From a virus, in IMG/VR virus record IMGVR_UViG_3300005137_000002, positions 1-45,311 of that record: a stretch of DNA of 45,311 nt; one strand, 5' to 3'. Below are positions 41,679-45,311 of the stretch, one piece after another; position 1 is the first letter of the stretch; each line of letters starts with the position of its first letter. The position numbers and the translations under genes are program-made. A model generated the notes under the pieces. It was not told the DNA's origin and did no database searches. It was given only the letters and a program-made list of their open reading frames with translations.

Positions 41679-42377
41679 ATGCCTGCTGCGATTTTCTATT
41701 CACCGCACGCTGATGATGAAACTTTGTCCATGGGGGTGGGAATCCGCAATCACATCGTTGCCGGATACGATGTCTATGTGATCTTGCTTTCTCACGGCAG
41801 GGCGTCCAATGCCTACAACGTGCTTGCCGGGACTCAATATTGCTCTTGGCACGCCAAATATCACAATCCTTCCTCGGAAGGATATGCTCCGTTCGATAAG
41901 CGAAAATTCGGCCTTACTCGGGTAAACGAATTCATCAACGCCTGTCTTGCCCTGGGCGTGCCGTATTCCAACATTGCGGTGTACGACCTGGAAGACGGGC
42001 AATTTACCAAGGATCAAGTGAAAGCCATTATTCAGGAGTGGGTAAACCGTGTCCCGGGAGCCGGTCACAAGACCATGACTTACAAGGACAACCATCCTGA
42101 CCATGTTGCTTGCGGCCAAGCCTTGCTGGAACTGTATAATGCAGGGATTATCGGCAATGCCCGGTTCTATATCAAGCGTGAGCAGTACGACCAGATCAAC
42201 GGGTTCTTTGAAACATACGACAGCTCTTACTATCCGTACATCCAAGCGGCAGCCAACGTATACAAAAACTGGGCTCCAACACAAGGCAAGCTGGCCGTCG
42301 GGTATCACTCGGTGAAATCAACCTTCGACGCCTTGCTGTCTGATCCTCGAAGCAAACTGCACCGTCCAAATGAGTAA
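41679..42377 (+). CDS. PIG-L/LmbE-family N-acetylglucosaminyl deacetylase
   Basis: N-terminal IFYSPHADDETLSMG and a later NHPDHVACG motif. AAAAGGAGGA SD. Confidence 0.8.
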   Translation: MPAAIFYSPHADDETLSMGVGIRNHIVAGYDVYVILLSHGRASNAYNVLAGTQYCSWHAKYHNPSSEGYAPFDKRKFGLTRVNEFINACLALGVPYSNIAVYDLEDGQFTKDQVKAIIQEWVNRVPGAGHKTMTYKDNHPDHVACGQALLELYNAGIIGNARFYIKREQYDQINGFFETYDSSYYPYIQAAANVYKNWAPTQGKLAVGYHSVKSTFDALLSDPRSKLHRPNE

Positions 42378-42395
42378 TTGAGTTGGTGATCCGCT

Positions 42396-42722
42396 ATGGA
42401 GCGCGAAGAACGGGATGGCGTTTGGATAACGCTCAGAGAAATATATGACAGCGTGCAGGAGGTGGCTGCGGGAGTGCGGCGGCTTGAAGACAGGATTACA
42501 AGGCTTGAAGAAAGGACTGACCGCGCGGAAAAAGCCGACGAACGCAGCCGCGACGCGCTCCAAAAAGCCGATGCTGCACTTGAGGAAGTAAAGGAGTTGA
42601 AGGCAAGTCAAACATGGCTCCGGCGAACGATCGCCGGAGCCTTCATAACCGCTATGGCCAGTGCAGTCATCAGCGCGATTATTGGCGCGATTGTGCTTTT
42701 CCTGAAAGGAGGTACGGGATGA
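42396..42722 (+). CDS. xhlA: XhlA-like lysis-associated membrane protein
   Basis: Coiled-coil N-terminus and a single C-terminal TM helix (AFITAMASAVISAIIGAIVLF). Directly upstream of the holin. Confidence 0.65.
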   Translation: MEREERDGVWITLREIYDSVQEVAAGVRRLEDRITRLEERTDRAEKADERSRDALQKADAALEEVKELKASQTWLRRTIAGAFITAMASAVISAIIGAIVLFLKGGTG

Positions 42723-42955
42723 TGCAGACACAGGTCATCATCCGAACAATCGTTCTTTTTGTGGCGTTGTTGAATCAGGCTCTGGTGCTTTTCGGATTGA
42801 ACCCGCTGCCTTTTTCTGAGGAACAGGTTTACGAATGGCTGACTGCGCTTTTTACCATCATTGCCTCCCTGTGGGCATGGTGGAAAAACAATTCTTTTAC
42901 GCGAGAAGCACAGCAGGCTGATGAGTATTTGCGCCGATTGAAAGGTGATAAGTAA
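42719..42955 (+). CDS. Holin (phi-LC3 / SPP1-type)
   Basis: 78 aa, two TM segments, WWKNNSFTREAQ motif. ATGA overlap with xhlA. Confidence 0.75.
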   Translation: MMQTQVIIRTIVLFVALLNQALVLFGLNPLPFSEEQVYEWLTALFTIIASLWAWWKNNSFTREAQQADEYLRRLKGDK

Positions 42956-43752
42956 TGAGGCTCATGATCGATCCCGGACATGGAGGCAAAGATCCCGGAG
43001 CCGTAGGGAATGGGTTGCAGGAGAAACACCTCACGCTATCTATTTCAAAGCGGATCAGGGACATCCTTGTGGTGGAATATGTTGGCGTGGAAGTCTTCAT
43101 GACGAGGGAGGATGACAGGTACATTTCCCCGGGCGGCCGCGCGAAGATGGCGAATGACAAAAAGGTGGACTTTCTATTGTCTGTCCACATCAATGCCGGA
43201 GGCGGCTATGGTTTTGAATCACTTCGATACACCGCCGCCAGCGCCAAATCAATCGCCTATCAGGATGTGATTCATCCTGAAATCGTCGCGGCAATCGGTG
43301 TCCATGACAGAGGAAAGAAAACCAAAAATGTGGCCGTTTTGCGAGAAAGCAAGATGCCTGCCTTGCTCACGGAGAATCTTTTCATAGACCATCCGGATGA
43401 CGCGGCAAGGCTCAAGGATGCCGCATTTTTGGATCGGATCGCCCGTGGCCATGTCAACGGGCTGGCCAAGGCTTTTGGCCTGAAGAAAAGGACAGCCACG
43501 CCGCAAAGCAAACCATCAGTCATCAAGCGTTTTCGCCTTTATACAGGAACATTCGCTTCGATTGAGGATGCCGAACGGGCGGCAGAAACGCTGATAAAAC
43601 GGCATGGATGGCTGATCTATATTCGCGAGGAACAAGGGCGTTACCGCCTCTTTACCGGGACGTTTGATTCTTATGAGGCTGCCCAAAAAGCAGCAGACAT
43701 GCTGAGGAAACTGTACGGATGGCTGATCTACATTCGGGAAGAACCTGCATGA
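42955..43752 (+). CDS. N-acetylmuramoyl-L-alanine amidase endolysin with two C-terminal SPOR-like repeats
   Basis: IDPGHGGKDPGAVGNG (Amidase_3). C-terminal duplicated motif ...GTF.S.E.A..AA..L.K..GWLIYIREE. Confidence 0.9.
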   Translation: MRLMIDPGHGGKDPGAVGNGLQEKHLTLSISKRIRDILVVEYVGVEVFMTREDDRYISPGGRAKMANDKKVDFLLSVHINAGGGYGFESLRYTAASAKSIAYQDVIHPEIVAAIGVHDRGKKTKNVAVLRESKMPALLTENLFIDHPDDAARLKDAAFLDRIARGHVNGLAKAFGLKKRTATPQSKPSVIKRFRLYTGTFASIEDAERAAETLIKRHGWLIYIREEQGRYRLFTGTFDSYEAAQKAADMLRKLYGWLIYIREEPA

Positions 43753-43877
43753 AAGAGGGTTTGCCGAAAGGAAGTCAAATACTTTTCAATGTAAATACGG
43801 GTTGGTGACTTGCAACTGCTTCTCAAGCCAAACTGTTACTAGTCCGTTTCTCCATCACCCACAGCACATATCCGGTA

Positions 43878-43906
43878 CCCCCGGCCACTGGCCGGGGGAT
43901 TTTTTT
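43878..43906 (+). terminator. Intrinsic terminator of the lysis operon
   Basis: cccccggc-cactg-gccggggg followed by ATTTTTTT. Confidence 0.8.
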
Positions 43907-43942
43907 GTGGATTCATTTCACGAAATTGTTCGATATTTTATA

Positions 43943-43970
43943 TTGACTATTCCAGTTGGTTTGATATAAT
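43943..43970 (+). promoter_or_regulatory. Strong sigma-A promoter with extended -10, not followed by an ORF
   Basis: TTGACT (43943-43948), 16 nt, TGATATAAT (-10 at 43965-43970). Confidence 0.65.
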
Positions 43971-43976
43971 TCTTCA

Positions 43977-44067
43977 TTGCAGCCGTCACACCAGCCGTCA
44001 CACACACCCCGTCAGGAGCCGGGATTTTTTTGCAAAGAAAAAATCCCCGAATGACGGGGATTTTTTT
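43977..44067 (+). ncRNA. Candidate small RNA of about 90 nt
   Basis: Bounded by the promoter above and the terminator atccccg-aatga-cggggat+T7 (44043-44067). Contains tandem AGCCGTCACA (43981-43990, 43993-44002) and a long alternative hairpin (44007-44014 with 44052-44059; 44021-44030 with 44038-44047). No SD-led ORF. Confidence 0.4.
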
Positions 44068-44088
44068 GGATCTTATACCGGATGTAGG

Positions 44089-44117
44089 TTGACGAATGAT
44101 ATCATATGTGATATCAT
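44089..44117 (+). promoter_or_regulatory. hicAB promoter with two TGATATCA palindromes
   Basis: TTGACG (44089-44094), 17 nt, TATCAT (44112-44117). TGATATCA at 44097-44104 and 44109-44116. Confidence 0.6.
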
Positions 44118-44139
44118 GATTGCAGGAAGGAGGTGAAAA

Positions 44140-44367
44140 ATGGCAAGGATAGAGAAGTTGATAGAAAAAATGAAACGCCGCCCGCATGGGATAAGATATG
44201 ACGAAGCCGTGAAAGTCCTGAATTACTTCGGATATGAATTGGTTCGAAAAGGCAAATCATCCCACAGACAATTCAGGAACAAAGACGGCGACGTCATTAC
44301 GCTAAGAGAGAAAAATCCACTTGGCGCGGCGTATGTGGAGGAAGTGCTTAAAAGAATCGGGAGGTAG
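44140..44367 (+). CDS. hicA: HicA-family toxin (mRNA interferase)
   Basis: 75 aa. ...VKVLNYFGYELVRKGKSSHRQFRNKDGDVITL...VEEVLKRIG. GGAAGGAGGTGA SD. Confidence 0.8.
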   Translation: MARIEKLIEKMKRRPHGIRYDEAVKVLNYFGYELVRKGKSSHRQFRNKDGDVITLREKNPLGAAYVEEVLKRIGR

Positions 44368-44416
44368 CCGCCTCCCGCCTCCACGCCCCATTATATCACA
44401 TCCTTGCCAGAAAAAC

Positions 44417-44812
44417 ATGGCGAACAAAAAGAAAGGAGATATAAAAATAGGAGAAGGCAAAAAGAAGGACTTGGAGTATTACATGAACCTGCCGTATACA
44501 ATCCAGATGCAGCGCAGGAACGACGGCAACGGGGAATATTACTTCGTCAAAGTGCTGGAATTGGACGGCTGCATGAGTGACGGTGAGACTCCGGAGGAAG
44601 CCCTGCAAAATATCCGTGAGGCTATGGAGGGCTGGCTGCAAGTCAAGCTGGATCATGGTGATCCAATCCCTGAGCCAGTGCCGAACGACGAAGAATATAG
44701 CGGCAAAATCCTTGTCCGCGTTCCCAAAAGCCTGCATAAGCATCTGGCTCATATGGCCAAGGCGGAAGGTGTGTCACTAAATCAATACATCCTTCACAAG
44801 TTGAGCAAATAA
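44417..44812 (+). CDS. hicB: HicB-family antitoxin with C-terminal ribbon-helix-helix
   Basis: YYFVKVLELDGCMSDGETPEEALQNIREAMEGWL (HicB fold) plus RVPKSLHKHLAHMAKAEGVSLNQYILHKL (RHH). The start is uncertain: ATG 44417 has no clear SD and ATG 44483 would truncate the conserved N-terminus. Confidence 0.8.
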   Translation: MANKKKGDIKIGEGKKKDLEYYMNLPYTIQMQRRNDGNGEYYFVKVLELDGCMSDGETPEEALQNIREAMEGWLQVKLDHGDPIPEPVPNDEEYSGKILVRVPKSLHKHLAHMAKAEGVSLNQYILHKLSK

Positions 44813-44859
44813 CATACCACATAATGGAAGATCCGCGTTCAACGAGGGGGTTGTTATTG

Positions 44860-45123
44860 ATGAAACTCTCAAAGACAAGGCTTGACCTACATCGGGAAAT
44901 CGTTGATTTCCCAAACCTTATAACTAGTGATGATGAATTGTCAAGAAATATCGGTCGTCGTTGCGTGTTTATTCATCCGACATGTCCGGCGGAATTTGAT
45001 ATTTTTACTATTTGTGCCGTTCAGAGATTGTTTGACGGAACAAGAGCGTATCGAGTTGTAGGAGATAAGGACGAACATCGTTTTGGACGTCCAGCACGTC
45101 CTGAAGAGATTAGGATATTGTGA
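44860..45123 (+). CDS. Hypothetical protein (87 aa)
   Basis: ATG 44860 follows GAGGGGG. No motif recognised. Confidence 0.4.
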   Translation: MKLSKTRLDLHREIVDFPNLITSDDELSRNIGRRCVFIHPTCPAEFDIFTICAVQRLFDGTRAYRVVGDKDEHRFGRPARPEEIRIL

Positions 45124-45145
45124 AAACTTTCGACTATGCGGACGA

Positions 45146-45171
45146 CCCCAGCTAGATGGCTGGGGATTTTT
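45146..45171 (+). terminator. Intrinsic terminator at the right end
   Basis: ccccagc-tagatg-gctgggg followed by ATTTTT. Confidence 0.75.
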
Positions 45172-45178
45172 CATGTTT

Positions 45179-45206
45179 TTGTAGTTTCGCTAAAACGAAA
45201 CTACAA
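45179..45206. repeat. Perfect 11-bp-arm palindrome spanning the repeat boundary (second arm = bases 5-15)
   Basis: ttgtagtttcg-ctaaaa-cgaaactacaa. No flanking T-tract on either strand. Window base 1 lies in its loop. Confidence 0.85.
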
Positions 45207-45311
45207 GAATTTGAAAAACGTTGGTTCAGGTGTGCATAAATGCAGGCAGGGGATGGCGATCGCGCTTTACACGCGCACATACCATCCCCGGCGGTGCAAA
45301 AGGATTGCCAA
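45192..45311. repeat. Direct terminal repeat, copy 2 (identical to 1-120)
   Basis: 120/120 identity by direct comparison. Confidence 0.95.

Larger units (their letters stand above)
1..45191. mobile_element. Complete temperate siphovirus-type phage genome; unique length 45,191 bp once the terminal overlap is collapsed
   Basis: Uninterrupted modular order: lysogeny, early/replication, accessory, packaging, head, tail, lysis. The window ends are an exact 120-bp direct repeat. Confidence 0.85.

Noticed and set aside
43918-44187. 89-aa minus-strand ORF between the endolysin and hicA
   Set aside because: It spans two plus-strand promoters and a terminator, has no SD, and runs antisense into the hicA start. 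The region is better explained by the promoter/sRNA/terminator arrangement.

Overview
The window is one essentially complete genome of a temperate tailed phage with siphovirus-type gene order. The host is probably a Bacillota (Bacillus/Geobacillus-like), judging from strong GGAGG-type ribosome-binding sites and the ImmR/ImmA, XhlA, ArpU-like and SPP1-like portal gene content. Bases 1-120 recur exactly at 45192-45311, so the unique sequence is 45,191 bp; this is either a circular or terminally redundant molecule, or an assembly overlap. Layout: (i) 76-3561, minus strand: lysogeny operon immR-immA-serine integrase plus a membrane acyltransferase. (ii) 3562-18100, plus strand: Cro-like switch, AbrB-like regulator, SMC-like ATPase / RecT-like / MBL-fold recombination genes, DnaD-type initiator with an embedded iteron origin, DnaC-like loader, RuvC-like resolvase, DUF5131, a P-loop NTPase, an adenine-type methyltransferase and many small Cys-rich ORFs. 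(iii) 18100-25600: an accessory stretch between an ArpU/sigma-like late regulator and the terminase. (iv) 25592-41603: terminase, portal, head and tail genes. (v) 41679-43752: PIG-L-type deacetylase, XhlA, holin, amidase. (vi) 43900-45170: a promoter-terminator unit with no ORF, hicAB, and one unknown ORF. I saw no tRNA, rRNA, CRISPR array or transposase. The best candidate for an undescribed system is 20986-25581. There a solute-symporter-like membrane protein is translationally coupled to two tandem, non-identical pairs of PAPS-reductase-family (PP-loop) and ParB-like proteins, just upstream of the terminase. Second is the self-regulated island at 18661-20968, with its own XRE repressor, consensus promoters carrying palindromes, a 10-bp phased repeat array and four unplaceable ORFs. 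All family names come from motifs I recognise by eye; no database search was possible. Start codons were refined by hand from SD spacing and overlaps.
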